Shown one piece after another: positions 46,581-56,930 of a DNA stretch of 64,000 bases. How positions within the stretch are numbered: the first letter of the stretch is position 1; each line of letters begins with the position of its first letter. Origin of the DNA: Candidatus Elarobacter sp. GTDB taxonomy: Bacteria > Vulcanimicrobiota > Vulcanimicrobiia > Vulcanimicrobiales > Vulcanimicrobiaceae. Made by a program: the position numbers and the translations under genes. The DNA is taken from assembly GCA_036402975.1 (NCBI GenBank), contig DASWRW010000042.1:125735-189734 (forward strand). Direction: 5' to 3'. Below the pieces are notes generated by a model. That model made no database searches and was not told the origin of the DNA. It was given only the letters and a program-made list of their open reading frames with translations.

Positions 46581-49500
46581 ATGAAGTTCTCGCGCACCTA
46601 CTCCGCCCCCGGCGACCCGTACGCCGGAATCACCTTCGAGCCCCGCACGTCGCGGATCGTGAACCCCGACGGCAAAGTCGTGTTCGAGCTCAAGGACGCC
46701 GCCATCCCGACCGGCTGGAGCCAGGTCGCGACGGACATCCTCGCTCAGAAGTACTTCCGCAAGGCCGGAGTGCCGACCGCCACGGTGCGGGTGCCCGAGG
46801 ACGGCGTCCCCGAGTGGCTGTGGCGGTCCGAGGCGGCCTCCGACGCGACGTTCGGCAGCGAGACCGACGCCCGCGAAGTCTTCCATCGCCTGGCCGGCTG
46901 CTGGACGTACTGGGGCTTCAAGCACGGCTACTTCGACGACGAGTTCGAGGCCCGCGCCTACTACGACGAGATGTGCGCGATGCTCGCCCGCCAGATCGGC
47001 GCGCCAAATTCGCCGCAGTGGTTCAACACTGGGCTGCATTGGGCGTACGGGATCTCGGGGCCGGCTCAGGGCCATTTCTACGTCGACCCCAAGACGGGCG
47101 AAATGGCCCAGTCGACATCCGCGTACGAACACCCGGCTCCGCACGCATGCCTTCCATATGATGCAACGGTGACGACGCCGGACGGCCCGGTCAAAATTGG
47201 CGCCATCGTTCAGAACGATCTCGTCGGACTACCGGTTTATGACGCGAAGGGCGTCACCCGCGTCGTTGCCACCGCGTACAATGGCGTCAAGCCCGTATAC
47301 CGGGTTCACCTCTCGAACGGCAACGCCGTCGAGGCAACTGCGGATCACTTGGTTCTGGCGAGCGATGGTCACAAGACCCGCCGCACGTGGAGACAAGTTG
47401 GTTCACTGCAGCCCGGGATGCGTCTGATTCAGCGCACCGACACGACCATTGACTCAAACGGCGACGGAATTGCGGTCGCCGAAGCAGCGCTCGCCGGATG
47501 GCTTCAGGCTGATGGGTTCGTCGGTCAGTATACGACCGGCACAAATCGTAGCCTGACGGTCGAGGCGATGTCCATCAATGCGGCAGAGCGAGAGTACGTC
47601 GCCGCCTTAACTTCCGCCGTATTTGGAAATGCTCACTCGCACGAGCGCCGCGCCGTCGTCAAGGATGATACGCTGGACGTTCGGCGGCTCCGACTCTACG
47701 GCGAAAATCTGCGTCCGTTCGTCGACCGCTACGGACTGCTTGACCGCCGCCTTGAAATGCAAGTGCCGCCAGCCGTTGCATCGGCCGGCGCAAATGTGGT
47801 TCGGTCCTATCTGCGCGCCCTTTTCCAAGCCGACGGCTGCGTCCGCATCCGCGAGGAGCGCCAGTCGAGCGATATCGTTTTCGGAACGATCTCTCCCAAG
47901 CTCGCGACCGGCGCGAGCAAGCTGCTGCACAATCTTGGTATCTATAATCGCGTCCAAGTGGGTCACGACAGTCGCGAGGATCGCGCCGACTACTACCATG
48001 TCGTCATCGCGTGGGGAGACGCCAAGCGAAAGTACGCGGAGCAGATCGGGTTCGTCTCGCCGGAGAAGCGCGGAAAGCTCGAGAACGCGCTGGCGTTGCC
48101 GGCGCGTAGTGTGGCACGGATGCGTGACGAGACGATTACTTCTATCGAATACGTCGGCGATATGGACGTCTACGACATTCAGACCGAGAGCCACGCGTTC
48201 TTGACGAATAACGTCGTCGTACATAACTGCTTCATCCAAAGCGTCGAAGACGATCTTGTGAATGAAGGCGGCATCATGGATCTTTGGGTCCGTGAAGCAC
48301 GTATTTTTAAGTACGGCTCAGGTACAGGATCCAACTTCTCGAAGATTCGCGGTGAGGGCGAACGTCTCTCGGGCGGCGGTACGTCGTCCGGACTGATGTC
48401 GTTCTTGAAGGTCGGCGACCGCGCCGCAGGCGCCATCAAATCCGGTGGAACGACTCGCCGGGCCGCAAAGATGGTCGTCCTCGACCTCGATCATCCGGAC
48501 ATCGAAGAGTTCATCACATGGAAGGTTACGGAAGAGCAAAAGGTTTCCGACCTAGTCGTTGGCTCGATCATGTGCGAGAAGCACTTGAATGCGGTCATGC
48601 ATGCGGCGAACGATCAGAAAGTTCCGGAAGCTGCGCGCCTCGATCCGGCTTTGAATCCGGGGCTGAAGTCTGCGATACGCGCAGCGCTTGCAACGGGGAT
48701 GCCGCAAGCAAACGTTCAGTACGCTCTGGACTTCGCGAAGCAGGGCTATAAAGAGCTCACGGTCGAGACGTATGACACGAACTGGGACTCAAAGGCTTAC
48801 GGAACCGTCTCGGGTCAGAACTCGAACAACTCCGTTCGCATTCCGAACGACTTCTTCGCGCGCCTCGATGCCGGTCAGACGTGGGATCTTGTCCCGCGGT
48901 CTCTAAAGTACGGGCACGGCGCCAACGCAAAAGTCAAGCCGGTCCCGGCCGCGGAGCTCTGGGAAAAGATCGGGCTTGCAGCATGGCAGTGTGCAGATCC
49001 CGGTGTCCAGTACGACACGACGATCAATGAGTGGCACACGTGTGCCTCGGATGGTCGCATCAATGCGTCCAATCCCTGCGTCACGGGCGACACGCTCATC
49101 GCGACTGCTAGCGGGATTCGCACGGTACGCGAACTGGTCGGAAAGCAATTTCGTGCGCTGATCGATGGTGCAGCGCACAGCTCCGATGAACGCGGCTTCT
49201 ACTCGACCGGCAACAAGCCCGTCTTCCGGCTCATCGCACAGGATGAAACAACCCTGTTGCGCGTGACCGGAAATCACGAAATTCTGACCATCGATGCGTC
49301 GGGCGCCGAAGTTTGGCGCACGGTCGACCAGCTCCGGGCCGGCGAGAAGATCGCGTTGCACGATGACGTATTAGGCAGACACGAGCGCGTCGAAGCGCTG
49401 CGTAAGCGCGGCCTCGTTCAGTTCCAGCCCCGCGTCTCCGCCCTCGCCGCTCCGTCGAATGGTCGCCCCGTGCTCGCTCTTTCGCGTCCATACGTTCAGC

Positions 49501-51749
49501 TCGCCGCAAAAGTAGCCGACGGTATCGAAGAAGTCTTTGACTGCACCGTGCCTGGCAAGGCTGCGTTCGACGCGAACGGGTTGTACGTTCACAACTGCTC
49601 AGAATATTTGTTCCTGGACGATACGGCGTGCAATCTCGCTAGTCTAAATCTCGTCAAGTTCCTCGACGAGAATGGTCACTTCGACGCAAAGCGGTTCGCC
49701 GACGCGTGCCGTACCTGGACGTTCACACTCGAGATCAGCGTCCTCATGGCGCAGTTCCCTAGCAAGGTCGTTGCACAGAAGTCGTTCGACTTCCGGACAC
49801 TCGGTCTTGGCTACGCGAATATGGGCACGCTGCTGATGCGACTGGGCCTGCCGTATGATTCAGAGGAAGGCTTCGGCTGGTGCGCCGCGATCTCCGCACT
49901 AATGACGGGCGTAGCATACAAGACGTCCGCCGAAATCGCGCGAGAGATTGGACCATTCCCGTCGTACGACCGGAATGCCGAAGACATGGGTCGCGTCCTG
50001 CGGAACCACCGCCGCGCCGCCTACGCCGCAAAGAACGATGAGTACGAAGAGCTGACGGTCTTCCCGACGACGCATCAGCCGACGCTCTTCACGCAAGAGA
50101 CGTGGGCCCTCGCGCGGTCGACGTGGGACAATGCACTCGCCATTGGCGAGGTCGCCGGCTATCGCAACGCGCAAGTCTCGTGCATCGCTCCGACTGGCAC
50201 CATAGGGCTTGTAATGGATTGCGATACAACCGGCATCGAACCCGACTTTGCGCTCGTCAAGTTCAAGAAGCTCGCCGGAGGCGGACACTTCAAGATCGTC
50301 AACCAGTCGGTCGAACCGGCACTGCGACGGCTGGGCTACAGCAACGAACAGATCGCCGCGATCGAGACCTTCGCCAAGGGAACCAACACGCTCGAGGGCG
50401 CGCCGCACATCAACCGCGCGACGCTCAAGGCCAAGGGCTTCGACGACGAGGCGCTGGCGAAGATCGAGTCTCAGCTCCTCGGCGCGTTCGAGATCGGGTT
50501 CGCGTTCAACCAGCACGTCCTCGGTGAGGACTTCTGCCGCGAGAAGCTCGGCATGACGACTGAGCAGCTCGTCGACTGGAACCATTCGATCCTGCGGGAC
50601 ACGCTGGGCTTCACCCAGACGCAGGTCGAGGAAGCGTCGGACGTGATCTGCGGCCGGATGACGCTCGAAGGTGCGCCATTCCTCAAAGACGAGCACCTGC
50701 CGGTGTTCGACTGCGCGACGCCGTGCGGCAAGCACGGCGCGCGGTTCATCCGCCCGCTGGCACACGTCGACATGATGGCTGCCGCGCAGCCGTTCGTCTC
50801 GGGCGCGATCAGCAAAACGATCAATCTCCCGCAGACGGCGACGATCGCGGACGTTAAAGAAGCGTACCGCTACGCGTGGGAAAAGATGATCAAGGCGGTC
50901 GCGCTCTACCGCGACGGCTCGAAGCTCTCGCAGCCGCTAGCGGCGAGCTATGACGTCGGTGATCCCGACGCGATGGACGAGCCGCAGAGCGCGTACGAGA
51001 CGCCGGTCCAGATCGCGGAACGTGTCGTCTACCGCTACATCGCCAAGCGCCGGCGGATGCCGGACCGCCGCGTCGGTTACACGCAGAAAGCAGTCGTCGG
51101 CGGCCACAAAGTCTACCTCCGAACCGGCGAGTACAAGGACAGCACGCTGGGCGAGATCTTCATCGACATGCACAAGGAGGGTGCCGCCTTCCGCAGCCTG
51201 ATGAACAACTTCGCCATCGCCGTGTCGCTCGGGCTGCAGCACGGCGTGCCGCTCGAGGAGTACGTCGACGCGTTCACGTTCACGCGGTTCGAGCCGAACG
51301 GTCCGGTGGTCGGCCACGCGAACATCAAGATGGCGACGTCGATCCTCGACTACATCTTCCGTGAGCTCGCGGTAAGCTATCTCGGCCGCTACGATCTCGC
51401 GCAGGTGCAGCCGTCCCAAGCGCTCGACGCGATGGGGCCGGAGCCCGAGTACGTCGCCGAGGAAGACAGCGGCGAGGTGCAATACACTGCGCCGGCGATC
51501 CCGCCGAGGGCCGGCACGCCGGTCGCGACGGCGGTCGTCACGCGCGTCCCCGAGCCGGTCGGCGCAATAGCGGCGGCTCCCGCGAGCGGCGGCATGGCGA
51601 AGGGACACATCGTCGCGGCGAAAGCGCGTGAAGCGATCGCGAAGGGCTACAGCGGCGACGCCTGCACGCAGTGCGGCCAATTCACGCTCGTCCGCAACGG
51701 GACGTGCCTGAAGTGCGACAGCTGCGGCACAACAAGCGGCTGTTCGTAG
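46581..51749 (+). CDS. nrdJ: Adenosylcobalamin-dependent (class II) ribonucleotide reductase with two inteins
   Basis: [10 protein letters not shown], (HA)[50 protein letters not shown]-terminal TSCPD domain and Zn ribbon. Confidence 0.95.
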   Translation: MKFSRTYSAPGDPYAGITFEPRTSRIVNPDGKVVFELKDAAIPTGWSQVATDILAQKYFRKAGVPTATVRVPEDGVPEWLWRSEAASDATFGSETDAREVFHRLAGCWTYWGFKHGYFDDEFEARAYYDEMCAMLARQIGAPNSPQWFNTGLHWAYGISGPAQGHFYVDPKTGEMAQSTSAYEHPAPHACLPYDATVTTPDGPVKIGAIVQNDLVGLPVYDAKGVTRVVATAYNGVKPVYRVHLSNGNAVEATADHLVLASDGHKTRRTWRQVGSLQPGMRLIQRTDTTIDSNGDGIAVAEAALAGWLQADGFVGQYTTGTNRSLTVEAMSINAAEREYVAALTSAVFGNAHSHERRAVVKDDTLDVRRLRLYGENLRPFVDRYGLLDRRLEMQVPPAVASAGANVVRSYLRALFQADGCVRIREERQSSDIVFGTISPKLATGASKLLHNLGIYNRVQVGHDSREDRADYYHVVIAWGDAKRKYAEQIGFVSPEKRGKLENALALPARSVARMRDETITSIEYVGDMDVYDIQTESHAFLTNNVVVHNCFIQSVEDDLVNEGGIMDLWVREARIFKYGSGTGSNFSKIRGEGERLSGGGTSSGLMSFLKVGDRAAGAIKSGGTTRRAAKMVVLDLDHPDIEEFITWKVTEEQKVSDLVVGSIMCEKHLNAVMHAANDQKVPEAARLDPALNPGLKSAIRAALATGMPQANVQYALDFAKQGYKELTVETYDTNWDSKAYGTVSGQNSNNSVRIPNDFFARLDAGQTWDLVPRSLKYGHGANAKVKPVPAAELWEKIGLAAWQCADPGVQYDTTINEWHTCASDGRINASNPCVTGDTLIATASGIRTVRELVGKQFRALIDGAAHSSDERGFYSTGNKPVFRLIAQDETTLLRVTGNHEILTIDASGAEVWRTVDQLRAGEKIALHDDVLGRHERVEALRKRGLVQFQPRVSALAAPSNGRPVLALSRPYVQLAAKVADGIEEVFDCTVPGKAAFDANGLYVHNCSEYLFLDDTACNLASLNLVKFLDENGHFDAKRFADACRTWTFTLEISVLMAQFPSKVVAQKSFDFRTLGLGYANMGTLLMRLGLPYDSEEGFGWCAAISALMTGVAYKTSAEIAREIGPFPSYDRNAEDMGRVLRNHRRAAYAAKNDEYEELTVFPTTHQPTLFTQETWALARSTWDNALAIGEVAGYRNAQVSCIAPTGTIGLVMDCDTTGIEPDFALVKFKKLAGGGHFKIVNQSVEPALRRLGYSNEQIAAIETFAKGTNTLEGAPHINRATLKAKGFDDEALAKIESQLLGAFEIGFAFNQHVLGEDFCREKLGMTTEQLVDWNHSILRDTLGFTQTQVEEASDVICGRMTLEGAPFLKDEHLPVFDCATPCGKHGARFIRPLAHVDMMAAAQPFVSGAISKTINLPQTATIADVKEAYRYAWEKMIKAVALYRDGSKLSQPLAASYDVGDPDAMDEPQSAYETPVQIAERVVYRYIAKRRRMPDRRVGYTQKAVVGGHKVYLRTGEYKDSTLGEIFIDMHKEGAAFRSLMNNFAIAVSLGLQHGVPLEEYVDAFTFTRFEPNGPVVGHANIKMATSILDYIFRELAVSYLGRYDLAQVQPSQALDAMGPEPEYVAEEDSGEVQYTAPAIPPRAGTPVATAVVTRVPEPVGAIAAAPASGGMAKGHIVAAKAREAIAKGYSGDACTQCGQFTLVRNGTCLKCDSCGTTSGCS
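47148..48227 (+). mobile_element. Intein 1 in NrdJ with LAGLIDADG homing endonuclease (360 aa)
   Basis: Starts CLPYDATV; block [15 protein letters not shown] and [10 protein letters not shown] motifs; block F VYDIQT; ends VVHN before extein Cys (HA|CFIQ). Confidence 0.93.
49077..49595 (+). mobile_element. Intein 2 in NrdJ, mini-intein (173 aa)
   Basis: Starts [13 protein letters not shown] block B; VFDCTV block F; ends YVHN before the catalytic Cys (NP|CSE); no endonuclease motifs. Confidence 0.93.
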
Positions 51750-51873
51750 TACAGCGGGCATCCAATCGCAAGCGGGAGATCCGCGGCGCGTCCCACTATG
51801 CGAACGTCCGCGGGTCAAGCCGCAAAGACCAACGAGAACTCCTTAACCCGCATAGATTTGCGAGAGGGTCAGA

Positions 51874-53742
51874 ATGCGGAAACTGACCATTGAATCGATC
51901 CAAGCCAATAGCGGATTCCTCGAAGACGCCAAAATCGTGTTTTCGCCAAATCTAACTTGCGTTATCGGCGCACGCGGCACTTGCAAATCAACAATTGTCG
52001 AGTCTATGCGCTATGCGCTTGCCGTCGGCGATAAGGAAGAAGTAAGGAAGCTTGCGGAGTCCGGCGGCAAGGTGTTTGAAACACTCGGCCCTGGAAGCAT
52101 TCGCTGCGTCGTTCAGAGTATTGAAGACGGCGAAGTAAACAAATATGTCGTCGAGCGCGAGGTCGACGGCGATCCGCGAATCAGCCGCCACGAGACTCGC
52201 GAGCCGGCGAGTCCGGACGTCCTCAACGACCTCGAAATTTACTCGCAGGGCGATCTTCAGAAAATAGCGTCATCAAAAGACCCCGCAAAACAGCTGCAGC
52301 TAATTGATCGCCCAAATCGAATCGAAATCGAGCGACTTCAGCACCGTATGTCGACCGCAATCGCGGAGCTTCAAGCAATCGGCTCAAAATTACGGACCGC
52401 ACGCCTTGAGATTGAAAAGCGAAAAACATATATTCGCGATATCGACACTGTACGTAAGCAACTAGATACGACACTAACACAACGCCCGGCCTTACCGCCT
52501 ACCCTGCAAGAACAGCACACCGCATATCTTAAACGCCAACGAACTCTCGAGCATCTTGTCGAAGTGCGTGCGCTCCAACAGGCGCTTCTAGCGACCATTA
52601 GCGAGGCAATCAAGATCGGCTCCTCTGCTGATTCTCTCCGCGCTCGAATCGCGACAGATGAGAGTCACTCGGAGATTTCGCTCCAGCTGATCAATGCGCT
52701 TGCGCAAACTGTCGTCGAAATCGAGGGTGTTCGAGCGCGGATTGAATTGATCCCTGTTGCCATCCGCACAACGGAACTCCACGATGCGTTTGATTTACTA
52801 AATCGCGAGTATTACGAACAGCGACAGCAAGAAGTTGCTCTTTCCGAGTCGCTCAAGGCGGAAGACCGCTTGAAGCGACAGCTGTCCGATCTTGAGAAAG
52901 CCGAAAGAGAACTATCCGAGTACATCTCGTCGACTCGAGAGTTGGCTGCGACGCGAAGCTTTCTGCGGAGTGTTGTCATTGACTTACGCGACACGATATA
53001 CGGCATGCGCGTCAATGAAGCGGACCAGATTAACGGAGAATTCGGTGATGTCGTGGTTCTGTCTGTCGAGCGTGCGGCCACTTCGCTACCATACATCGCT
53101 CGCATATCTTCGCTTCTCGGTGGCTCCAGAATTCGAGCGCAGGAGGACATCGCAAAAGACCTAGCCACAACGTTTCGCCCCGCCGAACTACTAGACATCA
53201 TTGAGGCAGGCGACGCACAGCGAGTTGCCAATGCGCTCGACCGAGACTTAGGCCAAATCACTCGAGCGATAACCTATCTTCGTGACCACCCAGATCTTTA
53301 CGAGCTCGAGGGTGACTGGGCGGACGATTCGTTACAAATTACGATGTACGACCACGGAGTTCCGAAAGCAGTCGAAGATCTGTCAGCAGGCCAGCGAGCA
53401 ACCGCACTCCTGCCGTTGATTCTGCGTGATTCCCCTTGGCCGCTCATCATAGACCAGCCTGAGGACGACCTCGACAATAGCTTCATATTCGAGGTTCTCG
53501 TCCATAACATTCTGCGACTGAAGCCCACCCGGCAGCTTATCTTCATCACTCATAACGCCAACATACCGGTCCTTGGCGAAGCTGAGCAAGTCGTTGTAAT
53601 GCATATGGACTCGCCGACAAAGGCCGGGCCGCCGCTTACTGGTTCGTTAGATGACCGCAAGGCCGATATCCTACATCTTTTGGAAGGAGGACGTGAGGCG
53701 TTCGACCGCCGGGAGCGACAGTATCGAGCCGTGACACTGTGA
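51874..53742 (+). CDS. Coiled-coil ABC-type (SMC/SbcC-like) ATPase resembling the ATPase module of Ppl/TrlF proteins, without a PHP domain
   Basis: Walker A GARGTCKST, Q-loop YSQG, long coiled coil, signature LSAGQ, Walker B IIDQPEDDLD, THNANIPV, C-terminal LEGG.EAF..R..Y; low GC. Confidence 0.85.
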   Translation: MRKLTIESIQANSGFLEDAKIVFSPNLTCVIGARGTCKSTIVESMRYALAVGDKEEVRKLAESGGKVFETLGPGSIRCVVQSIEDGEVNKYVVEREVDGDPRISRHETREPASPDVLNDLEIYSQGDLQKIASSKDPAKQLQLIDRPNRIEIERLQHRMSTAIAELQAIGSKLRTARLEIEKRKTYIRDIDTVRKQLDTTLTQRPALPPTLQEQHTAYLKRQRTLEHLVEVRALQQALLATISEAIKIGSSADSLRARIATDESHSEISLQLINALAQTVVEIEGVRARIELIPVAIRTTELHDAFDLLNREYYEQRQQEVALSESLKAEDRLKRQLSDLEKAERELSEYISSTRELAATRSFLRSVVIDLRDTIYGMRVNEADQINGEFGDVVVLSVERAATSLPYIARISSLLGGSRIRAQEDIAKDLATTFRPAELLDIIEAGDAQRVANALDRDLGQITRAITYLRDHPDLYELEGDWADDSLQITMYDHGVPKAVEDLSAGQRATALLPLILRDSPWPLIIDQPEDDLDNSFIFEVLVHNILRLKPTRQLIFITHNANIPVLGEAEQVVVMHMDSPTKAGPPLTGSLDDRKADILHLLEGGREAFDRRERQYRAVTL

Positions 53743-55673
53743 CGCCGGCCGATGTAATATCAAGGCTCGTCGGATCGTCCAGCGAGTTTGAGGAAGCGCT
53801 GCCGCAGTTACGGCCAGGCTCGACAGAGGAGTTTCTCGCGCGCCTCCTGAGCGCACTCAGTTGCTCCGATATTCCACCTCACGAGCAAGAACGCCGATTC
53901 GTAGCGGTTCACAATCGCGTCGGTATTTGCGCGCATGAAGACCGTTCGGTAGCGATCGCCGCTCGCAGCGTCGCACCAGTGCTTCGTAACGCAGTGCTTC
54001 GTATATTGCCAGCGGAGTTCCGGCAAACAGTGTACGGGGATCCGGATCGAGCGAAGCCCGGCGACTCCGCCTCTAAGAGCGGGGGATCGGCGCCGATTTC
54101 CGGTCGCCCCGTCGATGCGACTATCGAAACACAAGCCGTCGACGCCGCGTCCGACGTACTTGTCCTATCATCGGCGCCGGATATCGCTACGATGAAGCTC
54201 CTTGAAGGAGCCGAGTTTGGGTATCAGCGGTGCTCGTCTCCTGATGAGCTTCACGTGATGTTAGAACGAAATTCTGAAATTTGTGGGATACTGGTAGAGA
54301 CGTCGTACCTCGATCAGTTGACAAGCGAGCAACAGCGCGACCTATTCGTAGAGCTCGCCACCTTCTCGACATTTACATTTATTCGGATTCCTTTCGATGG
54401 CTTGAAGCTGTCTCATACCGAGGTATCGAACCTAATATCTCATGCACGCTGCCAGACCGCGCTCCCGGGCGTCGACCAACTCGCTTTTCGGGAGGCGTCG
54501 GCACTTCAAGGCCGCGAACTGTCGGATTTGAGGCACGCAAGGAATCTGCTAACACGGTCGCGACATACCGGCCTCTTCGCACCAGCCGAACTCAAAGATG
54601 AGCAACTTCGCTTGCTAGCTGCGGCATTGGGACGCTATTCGGATAAAAAGCACTTCGCCCGGCCCGTGGAACTGTCGTCGGTTACAACGCGGTTTTTACA
54701 AGGTAACGATGAAAGCGCCAAGGTTGTTCTAGCCAAGGTTAAAGATCTCGACTTTCCGGTAGTAGTAAAGCTCTTCGACAAGGAATTGATCCTCGAAGAA
54801 GCGCGACGGTTCAGGCATTTCATTGAGCCGGTCGACCATGAGCTGAATCCTGAGGTGCACCTTCATGGGTCAGCAGCGGCTATTGTTTTCGATGTGATTG
54901 CAGACTCTGATGTCGACTACAATCAGCCAGCGCCAACACTGGAGCAGCAGCTAAGACGCTTTTTGCGCGACGAGACTTACTCGACCGTTCCTAGCGGAGA
55001 GTCGGAGCGACTTTGTCGTGCATTCCAAAACGCGGTTCAAAAGATTTGCAAGTTGAACAAGAAGGTTTATGACGACACAGGGTTCGAGTGCTGGGCGAAC
55101 CCGCACATCGAGTTTGTGAAGGCCAAAGAGACGAACGACTTTTCCTGGGGTTTTGGTGCCAACGAATTTATGTGCCGAACGGCGGCCGAAAACCTTCTAT
55201 CAGCGACGGCGATGCGTGCGATCTGTCACGGTGACGCACATATTCGCAATATTCTGGTCAGAGGCAATAATGGTTTCGTGATCGACTATGCTTACAGTGG
55301 CCCGGGACATCCATGTTCGGATTTGACGCGGTTAGAGCTCTCAATATTCCTAAGCATGTTCGTGCCGTATGGAGGAGAAGCGCAGCATATCGAACTTCAG
55401 CGTGATGTCTCGATTCGTAAACTGTGTTTCGAAGATCTTGTGCAGCGGCATGGCGCGCTTTTACCGACCGAGTTTAATCGTTTATGTTTGCGGCTTTGCG
55501 TCACCGCGCGCGACGCAGTCGATGGTATTCTATCCGCGCATGGACTTGATTGGCGCTCATATTTGGCTGCCAAGCTGCTTTCTGCATGGCAGGGTTTGCT
55601 TGTGCCCGCACTTCAGCAGCCACACGTTAGATCGGTAATCCTTTCACTAAATACGGCGGCCCTTTTCGATTAG
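53739..55673 (+). CDS. Multidomain protein with C-terminal APH/kinase-fold phosphotransferase (TCAD9-like) and central receiver-like domain
   Basis: VVVK...EEARRF, HGDAHIRNIL, IDYA, GHP..DL.RLE; GTGA overlap with the ATPase; low GC. Confidence 0.75.
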   Translation: MTPADVISRLVGSSSEFEEALPQLRPGSTEEFLARLLSALSCSDIPPHEQERRFVAVHNRVGICAHEDRSVAIAARSVAPVLRNAVLRILPAEFRQTVYGDPDRAKPGDSASKSGGSAPISGRPVDATIETQAVDAASDVLVLSSAPDIATMKLLEGAEFGYQRCSSPDELHVMLERNSEICGILVETSYLDQLTSEQQRDLFVELATFSTFTFIRIPFDGLKLSHTEVSNLISHARCQTALPGVDQLAFREASALQGRELSDLRHARNLLTRSRHTGLFAPAELKDEQLRLLAAALGRYSDKKHFARPVELSSVTTRFLQGNDESAKVVLAKVKDLDFPVVVKLFDKELILEEARRFRHFIEPVDHELNPEVHLHGSAAAIVFDVIADSDVDYNQPAPTLEQQLRRFLRDETYSTVPSGESERLCRAFQNAVQKICKLNKKVYDDTGFECWANPHIEFVKAKETNDFSWGFGANEFMCRTAAENLLSATAMRAICHGDAHIRNILVRGNNGFVIDYAYSGPGHPCSDLTRLELSIFLSMFVPYGGEAQHIELQRDVSIRKLCFEDLVQRHGALLPTEFNRLCLRLCVTARDAVDGILSAHGLDWRSYLAAKLLSAWQGLLVPALQQPHVRSVILSLNTAALFD

Positions 55674-56051
55674 CGAGCGGCGTTGCGGTTGCGTCATTTG
55701 ATCCGCGCCAATTAAAAGAACGTCGTGAGCTATATGTCAGGAAGTTACTTTCAAATGCATTTCCACGCTTCAGAACATCGTTGCGGCTTTCACCTAGCGG
55801 CACAACGATTAAGTTGCGTGTTCCCAGAACTTCCGACCCGTAAGGTCTTGACCGCGCCATCTTGATGATGGCCAGCGTCATCACATACACGCCCGGTGAA
55901 TTTTATCGCCCATGCTCTGCAAGACCCACCGTGGTCGGGCGCGAGGACGATTCGTCGGCCGTTTCCTCCTCTCAAGCCGCGACGCTAACTTTACGGAGGC
56001 GGGTCTTGCGATAACGAGAGGGCTTCGCCGAGGAATGTTATAGCTCCACAG

Positions 56052-56924
56052 ATGGTCCGATTCGCCGGTCTCTTCGCGTGTGCCGCGGCGCTGCTGTCTA
56101 CCGGCACGCCGGTGCACGCCCAGGCGGACGCTCCGAGGATTCTCGTCAAGTCGTGCTACGTCATGAACATCGGCCTCGGCGACCTCAACTCGACGGCGAC
56201 CGGGATACGGGTAGCCTTCGAGAACCAGTCGTCTGAGACGCTCACCTCGATCACATGGCGGGCGACGACGCCGGCGGGTACGGTCGATCTTCCCGATACC
56301 GGAACGTTCTCACCGCACGTGAGCATCGTGCGCGCTGTGGGACGCCACGGTCCGGCGATGCACCTCTATGCGTTCAAGCGCGATTCCACGTCGTTCGAAG
56401 CGACCGGCCCCGGGATGTGCTCCGTCATCGAAACGGTGACTGCCACAGGACAGCATTGGCGCGATGCGCGTATTTCGCCGGCCACGTTGTACGTCCCGCA
56501 CGTTCCTTCCGACGACTCCGTCCCGGCACCCGGCGCTTCCGATCGTCCGCCGAGGGAGCCGGTCGGCATCATCTCGTGCCAGTTCAATATCATTCTCGGC
56601 CAGGCATCTGGATACGTGCGCTTTCGGAACGTGTCAGCGCACGTCATCGACGCCATCACCTTTCGCGGCTTCTACGGTACGGCCGGAATGGACTTCGTCG
56701 CAAAAGGGAGCTACGCGCCGGGCGTGGTCGTGCGCGCGGCGAACCTGCACCGCCGCGATCTGCCGGAGAACGCGTTTCGCTCATACGTGTCGCTCGATGC
56801 ACCGTCGAGCTGCGCGACCGTCAACGTTCACTACGCCGACGGAACGACGTGGCAGAATCCCGAGATCGGCCCCGTTCCGCAGCCATTTCCGGTCGACGCT
56901 CCGTACGAGGCGGTCAGGCCTTAA
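56052..56924 (+). CDS. Secreted hypothetical protein with two tandem copies of a Cys-bracketed beta domain
   Basis: Signal peptide; each copy reads C...F.N.S...I.[WF]R...G.[FY].P...C...[TD]G..W. Confidence 0.75.
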   Translation: MVRFAGLFACAAALLSTGTPVHAQADAPRILVKSCYVMNIGLGDLNSTATGIRVAFENQSSETLTSITWRATTPAGTVDLPDTGTFSPHVSIVRAVGRHGPAMHLYAFKRDSTSFEATGPGMCSVIETVTATGQHWRDARISPATLYVPHVPSDDSVPAPGASDRPPREPVGIISCQFNIILGQASGYVRFRNVSAHVIDAITFRGFYGTAGMDFVAKGSYAPGVVVRAANLHRRDLPENAFRSYVSLDAPSSCATVNVHYADGTTWQNPEIGPVPQPFPVDAPYEAVRP

Positions 56925-56930
56925 GACGGC

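Larger units (their letters stand above)
51750..56015. other. Low-GC horizontally acquired islet between nrdJ and the 56052 gene
   Basis: Visibly A/T-richer sequence with many A/T-ending codons; no integrase or transposase seen. Boundaries approximate. Confidence 0.75.

Noticed and set aside
51874-53742. Housekeeping SMC/RecN/SbcC, or canonical Ppl
   Set aside because: No hinge or Zn-hook, no sbcD/scpAB neighbours, DQPED Walker B, foreign composition, and no PHP domain in or upstream of the ORF.
51809-55856. Possible terminal inverted repeats of the island (CGCGGGTCAAGCC versus reverse-complement CGCGGTCAAGACC)
   Set aside because: Needs two indels in 13 bp, no target-site duplication and no transposase; compatible with chance.
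55627-55890. 87-aa minus-strand ORF as a third island gene
   Set aside because: Overlaps the kinase 3' end, has no clear SD and no recognisable motif; cannot be supported, though a gene remnant is possible.
55983-56044. Integron attC site (TAAC...GTTA)
   Set aside because: Core sites do not fit RYYYAAC/GTTRRRY, the internal arms do not pair, and there is no integron integrase or cassette array.
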